Positions 1-9,262 of a DNA stretch of 64,000 nucleotides are shown here, piece after piece (the first letter of the stretch is position 1; each line of letters opens with the position of its first letter). The stretch is taken from NCBI GenBank assembly GCA_036676355.1, contig JAKFDA010000093.1, positions 7,857-71,856 of the forward strand, in the 5' to 3' direction. The DNA is from Nitrosomonadales bacterium (GTDB lineage Bacteria > Pseudomonadota > Gammaproteobacteria > Burkholderiales > SG8-39). The notes beneath the pieces are model-generated. The model had not been told where the DNA came from. It saw nothing but the letters and a program-made list of their open reading frames with translations, and did not search any database. The position numbers and the translations under genes are program-made.

Positions 1-1862
1 CGCGTCGCGCCGCCGCCATGGCCGCCACGGCGAAGTATTACGACGCACTGTTCAGCGACGATGCAACGCTGAAGAGTTCGCGCGAAAGTTTCGCCATGAA
101 GGAGAACACGCTGCCCGACGCGAAGCGACGCGATGATATGTCCGCGTTCTTCACCTGGACGGCGTGGACTGCCGCCACCGAACGGCCGGGCCAAACGGCA
201 ACCTACACCAACAACTGGCCGCACGAACCGCTGATCGACAACCGTCCCACGGCGGAAAACATCGTCTGGTCGATTGTCAGCGTGGTACTGCTGGTGGCCG
301 GTATCGGCGCGCTGGTGTGGGCGTGGGCCTGGATGCGCAATCATGAGGAGGCCGATCCGCCCGCGCCTGCGCGCGATCCGCTCACGACTTTCGCGCTCAC
401 GCCTTCGCAAAGAGCGCTCGGCAAATATCTTTTCCTGATCGTCGCGCTGTTCGTCTTCCAGGTGCTGCTGGGCGGCTTGACCGCGCATTACACGGTCGAG
501 GGCCAGGAGTTCTACGGGATAGAGATCTCCAAGTGGTTCCCGTATTCGCTGACCCGCACCTGGCACATACAGAGCGCATTGTTCTGGGTCGCCACCGGCT
601 TCCTTGCAGCGGGCCTGTTCCTCGCGCCGATCATCAACGGCGGCAAGGAGCCGAAGTTTCAGAAAATCGGTGTCGACATCCTGTTCTGGGCACTGATCGT
701 GGTGGTGGTCGGCTCTTTCGCCGGCAACTGGATGGCGATCGCGCAAGTGATGCCGGAGCATCTCAATTTCTGGCTTGGTCACCAGGGTTACGAATACGTT
801 GACCTCGGCCGTCTCTGGCAGATCGGCAAGTTCGTCGGCATTGCGCTGTGGCTCGCGCTGATGCTGCGCTGCATGGTGCCCGCGTTGCGCAAACCCGGCA
901 GCGACAAGCATCTGCTCGTGTTGCTTACCTGCTCCGTCGTCGCCATCGGACTGTTCTACGGTACCGGCCTGTTCTACGGCGAACGTACGCACATCGCCAT
1001 CATGGAATACTGGCGCTGGTATGTGGTGCACCTGTGGGTCGAAGGCTTCTTCGAAGTGTTCGCCACCACCGCCCTCGCCTTCATCTTCGTCTCCATGGGG
1101 CTGGTGTCGCGCACGGTCGGGACGACAGCAAGCCTTGCCTCCGCCTCGCTGTTCATGCTCGGCGGCGTGCCCGGCACGTTCCATCACCTCTACTTCACCG
1201 GCACCACCACGCCGGTGATGGCGGTCGGTGCGACGTTCAGCGCGCTCGAAGTCGTGCCGCTGGTCGTGCTCGGCTACGAAGCGTGGGAGAACTGGCGCCT
1301 CCGCGTACGCGCACCGTGGATGGAACAACTCAAGTGGCCGCTGATGTGCTTCATCGCCGTGGCGTTCTGGAACATGCTCGGCGCCGGCGTATTCGGCTTC
1401 ATGATCAACCCGCCGGTTTCGCTGTACTACCTGCAAGGCCTCAACACCACCGCGACGCATGCACACGCAGCGCTGTTCGGCGTGTACGGCTTCCTGGCGC
1501 TCGGCTTCACCATCCTGGTGTTGCGCTACATTCGCCCCGCCTTCGTCTTCAACGACAAGTTGATGGGCACGGCGTTCTGGTGGTTGAACGGCGGCATCAC
1601 GCTGATGATTGTGGTCAGCCTGCTGCCGATCGGACTGTTCCAGTTCTACGCCAGCGCCAGCGAAGGGCTGTGGTACGCGCGCAGTGAAGCGTTCCTGCAG
1701 CAACCTTTCCTCGAAGCGCTGCGCTGGCTGCGCACCATCGGCGACGTGGCATTCATCATCGGCGCTGTGGCATTCGCATCGCAGGTGGTCAAAGGCCTGC
1801 GCGCTCCGTCGCATGACGTCTATATCCCCACCACCGGGGCGCTGGCCAAGGCCGAAAGTTAA
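1..1862 (+). CDS. norB: quinol-dependent nitric-oxide reductase (qNOR, NorZ/NorB type), N-terminus cut by window edge
   Basis: Frame of ORF 18..1862 stays open to base 1. A hydrophilic N-domain is followed by a multi-TM heme-copper oxidase core with His motifs (WYVVHLWVEGFFEVF, GTFHHLYF, THAHAALFGVYG). Confidence 0.85.
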   Translation, partial: RRAAAMAATAKYYDALFSDDATLKSSRESFAMKENTLPDAKRRDDMSAFFTWTAWTAATERPGQTATYTNNWPHEPLIDNRPTAENIVWSIVSVVLLVAGIGALVWAWAWMRNHEEADPPAPARDPLTTFALTPSQRALGKYLFLIVALFVFQVLLGGLTAHYTVEGQEFYGIEISKWFPYSLTRTWHIQSALFWVATGFLAAGLFLAPIINGGKEPKFQKIGVDILFWALIVVVVGSFAGNWMAIAQVMPEHLNFWLGHQGYEYVDLGRLWQIGKFVGIALWLALMLRCMVPALRKPGSDKHLLVLLTCSVVAIGLFYGTGLFYGERTHIAIMEYWRWYVVHLWVEGFFEVFATTALAFIFVSMGLVSRTVGTTASLASASLFMLGGVPGTFHHLYFTGTTTPVMAVGATFSALEVVPLVVLGYEAWENWRLRVRAPWMEQLKWPLMCFIAVAFWNMLGAGVFGFMINPPVSLYYLQGLNTTATHAHAALFGVYGFLALGFTILVLRYIRPAFVFNDKLMGTAFWWLNGGITLMIVVSLLPIGLFQFYASASEGLWYARSEAFLQQPFLEALRWLRTIGDVAFIIGAVAFASQVVKGLRAPSHDVYIPTTGALAKAES

Positions 1863-1885
1863 ACAACCGATAGCCTGTCCCTCTA

Positions 1886-1923
1886 CCGGCGTGACTCCGC
1901 AAGGAGCACGTCGGTTTTTTTTT
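1886..1923 (+). terminator. Rho-independent terminator after norB
   Basis: Imperfect GC stem ccggcgtgactcc / ggagcacgtcgg with gcaa loop, followed by a run of 9 T (1915..1923), 24 nt after the norB stop. Confidence 0.7.
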
Positions 1924-1991
1924 CGCCTTTCAATAACGCTTTACGCGTTGCTTACCGGCCGACGTTGGTCGGTTCAGCAATGGCTGACGCC

Positions 1992-2428
1992 TTACTCGCC
2001 GATGTGAATCAACGCGAGGCCGCTTTGCTCATCGTGCACACGCTTGAGATAAGCAGGCGAATCGACGAGGATCACCTCCAGCGTGGGCCGGACATAAGCC
2101 TCCAACAAATGGCCGCCATGCGCGCTTCCGTCGCGCTTTCCCAGCACGATATGCGCGTGAATCTTCGGCTCCGAACCGTGCAGCGCAATATCGCCGATCA
2201 AAGACAGCACCTCCACCTGTTCTTCGATTTCGATACGCTCATAATCCTTGCGCTCTCAATCGAATAGCCGATCGCCGCGCGACGCAATGCGCCGATGGCG
2301 GTAAAGCGGCTTGCGCCGATCGCGTGCTCACGCGCAAAGACCTCGAGCCCGACGACGACTTCGTCATCGGTATCGAAAATCAGTGCATAGGTGCGCTCGT
2401 CGGCATCGTTGAGAAGCTTGGCCCGCAT
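1992..2428 (-). pseudogene. PPC / DUF296 domain protein, disrupted (frameshift plus in-frame stop)
   Basis: Two ORF pieces read MRAKLLNDADERTYALIFDTDDEVVVGLEVFAREHAIGASRFTAIGALRRAAIGY and ERKDYERIEIEEQVEVLSLIGDIALHGSEPKIHAHIVLGKRDGSAHGGHLLEAYVRPTLEVILVDSP. Joining them needs a 1-nt correction near 2262..2266 and passes an in-frame TGA at 2256..2258 (reads F-D-stop where I recall F-D-W in this family). Confidence 0.55.
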
Positions 2429-2663
2429 CGGAATCCCCGTTGTGGTGGCGCCACTACGACGCCGGAGCCACGTGCGCTGCACTGCGCGTGCCCCGCTACG
2501 GCATCTCGTCGAGGCGCGTCTGGTTGATGAAGAAGAAGCGATTGACCAGGACGCATCAACCGCTGCAATGCGCGCGTTCCCTGCCAACGTGAGGGAACAG
2601 GCCTTGCAACACCTCACATGCGCGTCCGTGGACGCGGCGTTCTTTCCAATGGAAGCTCTGATT

Positions 2664-2776
2664 AAGGTTGTTTGATCAAGACGGTCGCCAGTTCGTATCA
2701 GTTCGTATCGCATGAGCGATTTGATTGCTTTGTCCTCGCTCGTACAGCTTCGCACACTCGCGACCATCCTCGGCAC
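2664..2776. repeat. dispersed intergenic repeat, family 2, copy A
   Basis: aaggttgtttgatcaag...gattgctttgtcctcgctcgtacagc..cgcacactcgcgaccatcctcggcac recurs at 22530..22763 and partly at 26934..26978. It contains a 10-bp tandem duplication cagttcgtat x2 (2689..2708) and an internal hairpin gagcga/tcgctc. Confidence 0.75.
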
Positions 2777-2819
2777 TCTTATTCAGACATTCCCGAAGCA
2801 AATTCCACAAGGAGTCACC

Positions 2820-3143
2820 ATGCAACTGAGCGAAGTACAACAACGCTTTTCCCGCGTCGAACAATGCATCGACGATGCCGCGAACGCCTGCCAGCAAAGC
2901 GCATCGGCGCCGCAACAGTTGAAGGAATCGATCCAGCAGCTCGATCAGCGTTCCGACCAGGCGCGGCAATACATTCAGGGCCAGGACGAAAGCAAGATTC
3001 GTCAATGTGTCAATGAACTGGAAGAGTTGAGCGACCGCGCCTTGGAGGCGTGCAAGCAAGCCGGCAATATCGAACCGCAACTGCAGCAAGCCGTACAGAA
3101 GACGCATAGCGAACTCTCTAGCCTCAAGCATCAGATGGGTTGA
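2820..3143 (+). CDS. hypothetical small helical (coiled-coil-like, Gln-rich) protein
   Basis: ATG at 2820 is preceded by aaggag 6 nt upstream, and a terminator follows. The longer ORF from 2712 would translate the repeat element. Confidence 0.6.
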   Translation: MQLSEVQQRFSRVEQCIDDAANACQQSASAPQQLKESIQQLDQRSDQARQYIQGQDESKIRQCVNELEELSDRALEACKQAGNIEPQLQQAVQKTHSELSSLKHQMG

Positions 3144-3157
3144 GGCGCCTGATCGAC

Positions 3158-3183
3158 AGGGCCGCGTACGCGCGGCCCTTTTG
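3158..3183 (+). terminator. Rho-independent terminator
   Basis: Palindrome gggccgcg-ta-cgcggccc followed by tttt, 15 nt after the stop at 3143. Confidence 0.65.
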
Positions 3184-3216
3184 CAAGAGGCGTCGGCACT
3201 TCTTGCAGGAACGACA

Positions 3217-3390
3217 ATGGAAGAAAAATACTTCGTTGCCAGCGACGGCGAACAGCCGATCCGCATCTACTTCGACCGTGACAGCGCGTTCGCTTCGCAA
3301 GCAGCCTACCTCGACAGCTTCGACCAGCGAGGCGAAGCGGTACAGCGCTACATGCGCAACGACGACGGGCAGTACACGATCGATTTCTAA
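3217..3390 (+). CDS. hypothetical small protein (57 aa)
   Basis: MEEKYFVASDGEQPIRIYFDRDS..., with agga 8 nt upstream of the ATG. No recognisable family. Confidence 0.45.
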   Translation: MEEKYFVASDGEQPIRIYFDRDSAFASQAAYLDSFDQRGEAVQRYMRNDDGQYTIDF

Positions 3391-3525
3391 TCCTTCCGAA
3401 GGGTGACCGGCGTCGTCATCAGCGCTTAGCACTTCGCTTGCGGAAGCGCGCGCTCTCGAACGTTGCATGAGGATAATTGCGGCTGCCGCGGATTACAATG
3501 CGCACACCACCGCTAGGACACCACC

Positions 3526-4539
3526 ATGAAAGCCGTCGGATATCGTAAATCCCTACCCATCGAACACGAACATGCGCTGATCGATCTCGACATCCCCGCA
3601 CCCGAGCCGCAAGGTCGCGATCTGCTCGTCGAAGTGGAAGCGGTATCGGTCAACCCGGTCGACACCAAAGTGCGCAAAAGAAGCGAGCCGTCCGAAGGCG
3701 CGTACAAGATTCTGGGCTGGGACGCCGCCGGAATCGTGCGCGAGGTGGGTAAAGAAGCATCACTGTTCAGGCCCGGCGATCGTGTCTGGTACGCGGGCTC
3801 CATCGACCGGCCCGGCAGCAATGCCGAACTGCAACTGGTGGACGAACGTATCGTCGGCCGGATGCCGAAAACGCTCGACTTCGCGCAGGCCGCTGCGCTG
3901 CCGCTTACCAGCATGACGGCGTGGGAGCTGCTCTTCGATCGCCTGCAGATTGCGCGCGGCAACGCACCGACCAGCGAACACCTGCTCATCATCGGCGCGG
4001 CGGGCGGCGTCGGGTCGATCATGGTGCAACTCGCCAAGCGCCTGACCGGACTCGCCGTCATCGGCACCGCCTCGCGACCGCAGACGCAGGACTGGTTGCG
4101 TAAGCTCGGCGTCGATCATGTCGTCGACCATGGCAAGCCGCTGACCGAAGAACTGCATCGCATCGGCGTGCCTAACATCGAATACATCGCAAGCCTTACG
4201 CACACGGACACACATTTCGAGCAGGCGGTGGAAGCGCTGGCCCCTCAGGGGCGGTTTGGTTTGATCGACGATCCCGAGCCGATCGATGTGCGGCTGCTCA
4301 AACGCAAGAGCGCCTCACTGCACTGGGAACTGATGTTCACGCGCGCGGTGTTTCAGACGGCGGACATGATCGAGCAGCACCGCATCCTCACCGAGGTCGC
4401 GCGCATGGTGGACGAGGGACTCATTCGAACCACCGTGGCGGAACACTACGGTCGCATCGATGCAGTCAACCTCAAGCGCGCGCATGCGCTGATCGAGAGC
4501 GGTCGCTCCATCGGCAAGATCGTGCTGGAAGGGTTTTGA
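3526..4539 (+). CDS. zinc-binding alcohol dehydrogenase / quinone oxidoreductase family (MDR) protein
   Basis: MKAVGY...LLVEVEAVSVNPVDTKVR, a GAAGGVGS Rossmann motif, 337 aa. Confidence 0.85.
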   Translation: MKAVGYRKSLPIEHEHALIDLDIPAPEPQGRDLLVEVEAVSVNPVDTKVRKRSEPSEGAYKILGWDAAGIVREVGKEASLFRPGDRVWYAGSIDRPGSNAELQLVDERIVGRMPKTLDFAQAAALPLTSMTAWELLFDRLQIARGNAPTSEHLLIIGAAGGVGSIMVQLAKRLTGLAVIGTASRPQTQDWLRKLGVDHVVDHGKPLTEELHRIGVPNIEYIASLTHTDTHFEQAVEALAPQGRFGLIDDPEPIDVRLLKRKSASLHWELMFTRAVFQTADMIEQHRILTEVARMVDEGLIRTTVAEHYGRIDAVNLKRAHALIESGRSIGKIVLEGF

Positions 4540-4582
4540 GAAAGCGGGGAGTCGAGCGCGAAAGCAGTCAAAGAAACGAATT

Positions 4583-5161
4583 TCAGCGCAGTTCGACCCG
4601 TGCGCCGGCCTCCCGCATCTCGCGCAGCGACCGTTCTCCGCCTTCCCGTGTAACAGGAAGCGAAGCGTCCGGAATAAGCGCCACTTCGAATCCTTCCCTC
4701 AAGCCGTCGAGCACGGTGGCGCGTACGCAGACATCCTGTGCCAGACCGCCGACCCACAAGCGCCTGATGCCATCGCGGCGCAGTTGTATTGCAAGGCCAG
4801 TCTGATCGAATGTCGAGTTCTGATCCTGATCGAAGCGCGTGCCTTTGGTGACTTTGATCGCGCTCGACGGCAGGCGCAGCGCCGGATGGAATTGCGCGCC
4901 GTCGCTGTCCTGCACGCAATGCGGCGGCCACTGCCCTCCCCGCTCATGAAAACTGAGATGTCCGGCCGGATGCCAGTCGCGCGATGCATAGATCGGCACA
5001 CCGATCTCGGCCGCCGCGTCGATCCAGCAATTCAGCGCCGGGATCACTTCGTCGCCACGCTCGATCGGCAGCGCACCGCCGGGACAGAAATCGTTCTGCA
5101 CATCGACAACGATCAGCGCGTCACCCGACTGCAGCAACGCTGATGGATGGTCCATGGTCAA
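4583..5161 (-). CDS. pncA: nicotinamidase / pyrazinamidase (isochorismatase family)
   Basis: ALIVVDVQNDFCPGGALP, a WPPHCVQ motif and the catalytic Cys context GGLAQDVCV. Sits directly downstream of pncB. Confidence 0.8.
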   Translation of the reverse strand: MTMDHPSALLQSGDALIVVDVQNDFCPGGALPIERGDEVIPALNCWIDAAAEIGVPIYASRDWHPAGHLSFHERGGQWPPHCVQDSDGAQFHPALRLPSSAIKVTKGTRFDQDQNSTFDQTGLAIQLRRDGIRRLWVGGLAQDVCVRATVLDGLREGFEVALIPDASLPVTREGGERSLREMREAGARVELR

Positions 5162-5164
5162 CCC

Positions 5165-6529
5165 TCACTGATCGTGCAGGCAATTGCGCGCCACCTGCTC
5201 CTGATACCGGAGCAGCATGTCACTCGGCCGTACCGGATACGGCGGCTTGGCCGGCGCGAGGGCCCGCACATGGTCGGGCAGACGGGCGATTTGCGCGCGG
5301 GCATAATCGCGCACCGCATCGAGCGGCGGGCTGGCATCGGGCAGGCGCCTGCCCTGTCGCATGACCGGCGAGAGCAACGGCCGTCCCTGCAGCTTCTCGC
5401 CCGCGCGCGCAATGATGTCGTGCACATCGCGGCCGTCTTCCGCCATGCGAAACACCTGTTTGCGGCCGGGCAGCACCGGCTTATCCGCCGACAGCTTCAC
5501 GCGCCCGCGCCCGTCGTATTCAACCAGCTTGTAAGCCATATCGAGAGACGGCGCATCGCTCGACACGCCCATGGCCGTGCCCACGCCGAACGCATCGAAC
5601 GGCGCGTCGCGCCGCACCAGTTCGGCGACGCGATCCTCGTCCAGGCTGCCGCTGGCGATGAGCCGCACGCGTTGTAGACCGGCTTCGTCGAGCATGCTGC
5701 GCGCCGCGTGCGCGAGCGCGGCGAGATCGCCGGAATCAAGGCGCAGCGCGCGCACCTTGAAGGCATCGCTCAGTTCGTGCGCCAGCTCGATCACCTTGCG
5801 CACCGCCCGCAGCGTGTCATAGGTATCGATCAGCAGCACGGTATCGGGATAAATACGCTCGAATGCGCGAAACGCCTGCGCTTCGCCGGCGTGCGCCTGG
5901 ATGTAACTATGCGCCATCGTGCCCGCAAGCGGCAGTCCGTAACGCCTTCCGGCGAGCACATTGGAAGTCGCCGATACGCCGGCGATATGGAAAGCGCGCG
6001 CCCCCTTCACCGCCGCATCCACGCCGTGATAACGCCGGGCGCCGAAATCCACCACCTCGCGGCCTTGTGCGGCGGTCGTCACGCGCGCGGCCTTGGATGC
6101 CGTCATGGTTTGCAGATGAATCTGATTCATCACAAAGGTTTCGATCAGTTGCGCCTGCGGCAACGGCGCGATCACTTCGACAATCGGCTCGTTGGCGAAC
6201 ACGACGGTACCTTCCGGCACGGCAACGACGTCTCCGGTAAAGCGAAAATCGCGCAGCCATGCGAGGAAGCGGTCGTTGAACTTGCCGAGCGTGCGCAGCC
6301 AGGCGATATCGTCCTCGCTGAAACGCAGATGTTCCAGATAATCGAGCACCGCTTCCAGCCCGCAGGCGAGCAGATAGTTGCGCTGCGCCGGCAAGCGCCG
6401 CACGAACAGACTGAAGACGGCATCCCGCTCCATGCCTTCCTCGAAATACGCCTGCAGCATGGTGAGTTCGTACAGGTCGGTGAACAGCGCATGCTGTGCC
6501 TCGTGCGGTTGCTGCGCGTTCATGCTCAT
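5165..6529 (-). CDS. pncB: nicotinate phosphoribosyltransferase
   Basis: LFTDLYELTMLQAYF N-terminus, 454 aa. Its start overlaps the stop of the upstream OYE gene by 4 nt. Confidence 0.85.
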   Translation of the reverse strand: MSMNAQQPHEAQHALFTDLYELTMLQAYFEEGMERDAVFSLFVRRLPAQRNYLLACGLEAVLDYLEHLRFSEDDIAWLRTLGKFNDRFLAWLRDFRFTGDVVAVPEGTVVFANEPIVEVIAPLPQAQLIETFVMNQIHLQTMTASKAARVTTAAQGREVVDFGARRYHGVDAAVKGARAFHIAGVSATSNVLAGRRYGLPLAGTMAHSYIQAHAGEAQAFRAFERIYPDTVLLIDTYDTLRAVRKVIELAHELSDAFKVRALRLDSGDLAALAHAARSMLDEAGLQRVRLIASGSLDEDRVAELVRRDAPFDAFGVGTAMGVSSDAPSLDMAYKLVEYDGRGRVKLSADKPVLPGRKQVFRMAEDGRDVHDIIARAGEKLQGRPLLSPVMRQGRRLPDASPPLDAVRDYARAQIARLPDHVRALAPAKPPYPVRPSDMLLRYQEQVARNCLHDQ

Positions 6530-7602
6530 TCGACATCCGCCGGTTTGGCGCGCTCATACTGGCGTGGCCAGCGGATATCCGCGTGCAGCGCGTGCGATGC
6601 GCGCAGCGGCCAGTACGGATCGCGCAGCAGTTCGCGGGCGAGGAACACCGCGTCGGCCTGCTCGTGCGCGATGATGTCTTCGGCTTGATGCGGTTTGGAG
6701 ATGAGGCCGACGGCGCCGGTCGCGATTCCGATCCGCTTGCGGATCGCCTCGGCGAACGGCACCTGGTAACCGGGCCCTACGGGAATTTTTGCGCCGGGCA
6801 CGAGGCCGCCGCTCGAACAGTCGATGAGATCGACGCCGATTTCCTTCAACTCGTGCACCAGCGCGAGACTTTGCTCGAGGTCCCAACCGCCCTCCACCCA
6901 GTCGGTCGCGGAGATGCGCACGAACACCGGCCGATGCGCCGGCCATACCTCGCGCACGACGCGAGCCACCTGAAGGGGAAAACGCATCCGTGCCGCAAGA
7001 TCGCCGCCATATTCATCGTCGCGCCGATTGCTGAGCGGCGACAGAAACTCGTGCAACAGATAGCCGTGCGCCATATGCACTTCGATGACCTGAAAGCCGG
7101 CATTGAGACTGCGTCGCGCCGCGTCGCGAAAGCGTCCGACGGTCGCTTCGATATCCTCGTGGGTCATCGCCACCGGCGTCGGCGATTGTTCATTGAAGGG
7201 AATTGCACTCGGTGCGAGGGGCACCCAGCCGCCCAGTTCCAGCGGCAGCGGATGGCCGCCATGCCAGGGCGCGTCGGTGGAGGCCTTGCGCCCCGCGTGA
7301 GCGATTTGAATGGCGCTGACCGCACCCTGATCTTCGATGAAGGTGCTGATGCGCTGGAAGCGCTCCATTTGCGCATCGTTCCAGATACCGGTATCACCGG
7401 GTGAAATGCGACCGGCGGGCGATATCGCCGTCGCCTCCACCATCACCAGTCCGGCGCCGCCCACCGCGCGACTGCCGAGATGAACGAAATGCCATTCGTT
7501 CGGCAGCCCGTCCTCGCAGCTGTACTGGCACATCGGCGAGACGAACGCCCGATTGCGGAAAATGGTGTCGCGCAGCCTGAATGTCGAAAACAGCTTGCTC
7601 AT
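6526..7602 (-). CDS. NADH:flavin oxidoreductase (Old Yellow Enzyme family)
   Basis: [55 protein letters not shown]. Start chosen at M93 of ORF 6526..7878 (ggaaagg 6 nt upstream). Confidence 0.85.
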   Translation of the reverse strand: MSKLFSTFRLRDTIFRNRAFVSPMCQYSCEDGLPNEWHFVHLGSRAVGGAGLVMVEATAISPAGRISPGDTGIWNDAQMERFQRISTFIEDQGAVSAIQIAHAGRKASTDAPWHGGHPLPLELGGWVPLAPSAIPFNEQSPTPVAMTHEDIEATVGRFRDAARRSLNAGFQVIEVHMAHGYLLHEFLSPLSNRRDDEYGGDLAARMRFPLQVARVVREVWPAHRPVFVRISATDWVEGGWDLEQSLALVHELKEIGVDLIDCSSGGLVPGAKIPVGPGYQVPFAEAIRKRIGIATGAVGLISKPHQAEDIIAHEQADAVFLARELLRDPYWPLRASHALHADIRWPRQYERAKPADVE

Positions 7603-7634
7603 ACCCGCCTTTCCTTGTTTGCCATCACGCCGCA

Positions 7635-7650
7635 AGCGACTTTGATGCCA
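7635..7650 (-). promoter_or_regulatory. candidate sigma-54 promoter TGGCAT-caaag-TCGCT (OYE-pncB-pncA operon)
   Basis: Exact GG-N10-GC spacing, with the -12 GC 34 nt upstream of the ATG at 7602. The -12 is TCGC rather than TTGC. Confidence 0.45.
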
Positions 7651-7868
7651 GGAGATCGAAACGGCCGGTGCCGTTCCCGGCGCCTTACCTCCGACAAGAT
7701 GCGCGAAATTATAGAAGTCGGCCACGCGGCCTGACGATCGCAATCGCTCGCCCTTCGGTCCGGGAAAGCCGTCCTCCGGCACGCCCCGGCGTCGGCGAAT
7801 CAACCGCGCAACGCCAGGAGCGTCTGCACAGGGTTGCGGTGGAGTCGCCGGTGACTCAATATCGCGCG

Positions 7869-8939
7869 ATGGCCACACTCAAACTCAGCAAGCCCGCCGT
7901 GCAATCCAGCACGAAACCGCCGGTACGGCATAGCAGTACCGCCCGCCGCCCGAGCGGCGTGCGCACCGATACATCGAATCCGCCATCGAGCCTTCCGCCA
8001 CCGAGTGCCGAGCGAGGCGGCACGCGAGCATCGCGGCCGCCTCGCGCGACGGCATCAGCCGAAGCCGCCGCGCCCCGACCGAAAGAGCGTCGCGCCGAGC
8101 GCGGCGACCGCGCCGACGTTCAACGCACGCAACGGCCGCGTAAACCGGCGGCCGCGCCCACCCGGACGCCCCTCGCCGTCGCAACCTCTCATCCGCCGGG
8201 CAGCGTGCGGCTGTCCAAGCGCATGAGCGAACTCGGTTTGACGTCCCGCCGCGAAGCCGACGAATGGATCGAACGCGGCTGGGTGCTGGTTGACGGCAAA
8301 GTGGTCTCCGAACTCGGCTCGCGCGTCATGCCGGAGCAGAAAATCGCCATCGACAAGCGCGCGGCGCAACAGCAGACCGAACGCGTCACCATCCTGCTCA
8401 ACAAACCGGTGGGCTTCGTCAGCGGCCAGGCGGAAGACGGTTACAAGCCGGCCGTGACACTTATTACACCGGACAATCACTGGAGCGAAGACGGCTCGAA
8501 GCTGCGCTTCAGGCGGGAACACCTGAAGGGGCTCGCGCCGGCAGGGCGGCTCGATATCGACTCGGTCGGTTTGCTGGTCTTCACGCAGGATGGCCGCGTC
8601 GCCAAGCAACTCATCGGCGACAAATCGACGACCGAGAAGGAATATCTGGTCCGCGTGGAATACACAGGCGGCAAAAAGTTGCCCGCACGCGATCTCGCCC
8701 GGCTCAATCACGGCCTCGAACTCGATGGCGTCGCGTTGCTGCCGGCGAAAGTCAGCTGGCAGAACGAAGATCAGTTGCGCTTCGTGTTGCGCGAAGGGAA
8801 AAAGCGGCAGATCCGTCGTATGTGCGAAGCCGTCGGCCTCAAGGTGCTCGGGCTGAAGCGGGTACGTATCGGCAGCGTATCGCTCGGCAAGCTGCCGCCG
8901 GGGCAGTGGCGCTATCTGCACGAAAGCGAACGGTTCTGA
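7869..8939 (+). CDS. rRNA pseudouridine synthase (RsuA/RluB/RluF family) with long basic low-complexity N-terminal extension
   Basis: S4 domain ([33 protein letters not shown]) and catalytic [16 protein letters not shown] motif. About 115 aa of Pro/Arg/Ala/Ser-rich sequence precede them. Confidence 0.8.
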   Translation: MATLKLSKPAVQSSTKPPVRHSSTARRPSGVRTDTSNPPSSLPPPSAERGGTRASRPPRATASAEAAAPRPKERRAERGDRADVQRTQRPRKPAAAPTRTPLAVATSHPPGSVRLSKRMSELGLTSRREADEWIERGWVLVDGKVVSELGSRVMPEQKIAIDKRAAQQQTERVTILLNKPVGFVSGQAEDGYKPAVTLITPDNHWSEDGSKLRFRREHLKGLAPAGRLDIDSVGLLVFTQDGRVAKQLIGDKSTTEKEYLVRVEYTGGKKLPARDLARLNHGLELDGVALLPAKVSWQNEDQLRFVLREGKKRQIRRMCEAVGLKVLGLKRVRIGSVSLGKLPPGQWRYLHESERF

Positions 8940-8982
8940 AAGCAGCGTAGAGCGGTGCGTCGAGAGCCGAGAGTAAAAGCTT

Positions 8983-9229
8983 GGAACACGGAGTGCACGC
9001 AGAACGTGAAGAAAAATCCTTCTTAGAGCTTTCCGTCTGCATCGGTAATTATTCTCGACCCGCTTCAATGGATTCCGGCTCGCGCCCTTCGGGCTTGACC
9101 GGACCACTATCCATCGTCATTCCCGACAAGCGGCGCAGCCCGCGCGATCGGGAATCCGGAAATAATTTCCTTCGCCACAGAGAACACAGTGTTCACAGAG
9201 ATGACGATCGAAGATTTTCTCCGTGTTCC
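8983..9229. repeat. composite palindromic (MITE/BIME-like) element, family 1, copy R1
   Basis: Outer inverted arms ggaacacggag (8983..8993) / ctccgtgttcc (9219..9229). Core palindrome cattcccgacaagcggcgcagcccgcgcgatcgggaatcc is shared with copies at 26348..26544 and 36513..36673. Confidence 0.65.
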
Positions 9230-9262
9230 TCCGTGCGCTCTTTGTTTCAGGTTTCGCACCTA

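Noticed and set aside
2256-2258. In-frame TGA in the DUF296 gene as selenocysteine or programmed recoding
   Set aside because: It is accompanied by a frameshift a few nucleotides away, and there is no SECIS-like hairpin immediately downstream. Decay or sequence error is the simpler explanation.
2429-2776. N-terminal extension of ORF 2198..2776 sharing the peptide MVAS(V/A)RSCTSED(K/H)AI with ORFs 26520..26978 and 22542..22814
   Set aside because: The shared peptide is the translation of a dispersed DNA repeat in intergenic DNA. There is no RBS or consistent ORF boundary, so it is not a protein family.
3195-3207. GGCAC followed by TTGCA upstream of the 57-aa ORF
   Set aside because: The GG to GC spacing is two nucleotides too short for an RpoN promoter.
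3427-3442. TAGCAC-N5-TTGCG upstream of the Zn-type oxidoreductase
   Set aside because: Only one G of the invariant -24 GG is present, and the sequence sits inside a hairpin (cttcgcttgcggaag) that looks like the 3' structure of the preceding gene.
8055-9107. Long antisense ORF. Similar cases: 20068..21111, 28158..29201, 47109..48113, 58848..59864, 60699..62042, 5708..6688
   Set aside because: All lie opposite genes with clear family signatures and translate to Arg/Ala-rich sequences with no motifs. They are expected from GC3-rich coding regions lacking stop codons on the antisense strand.
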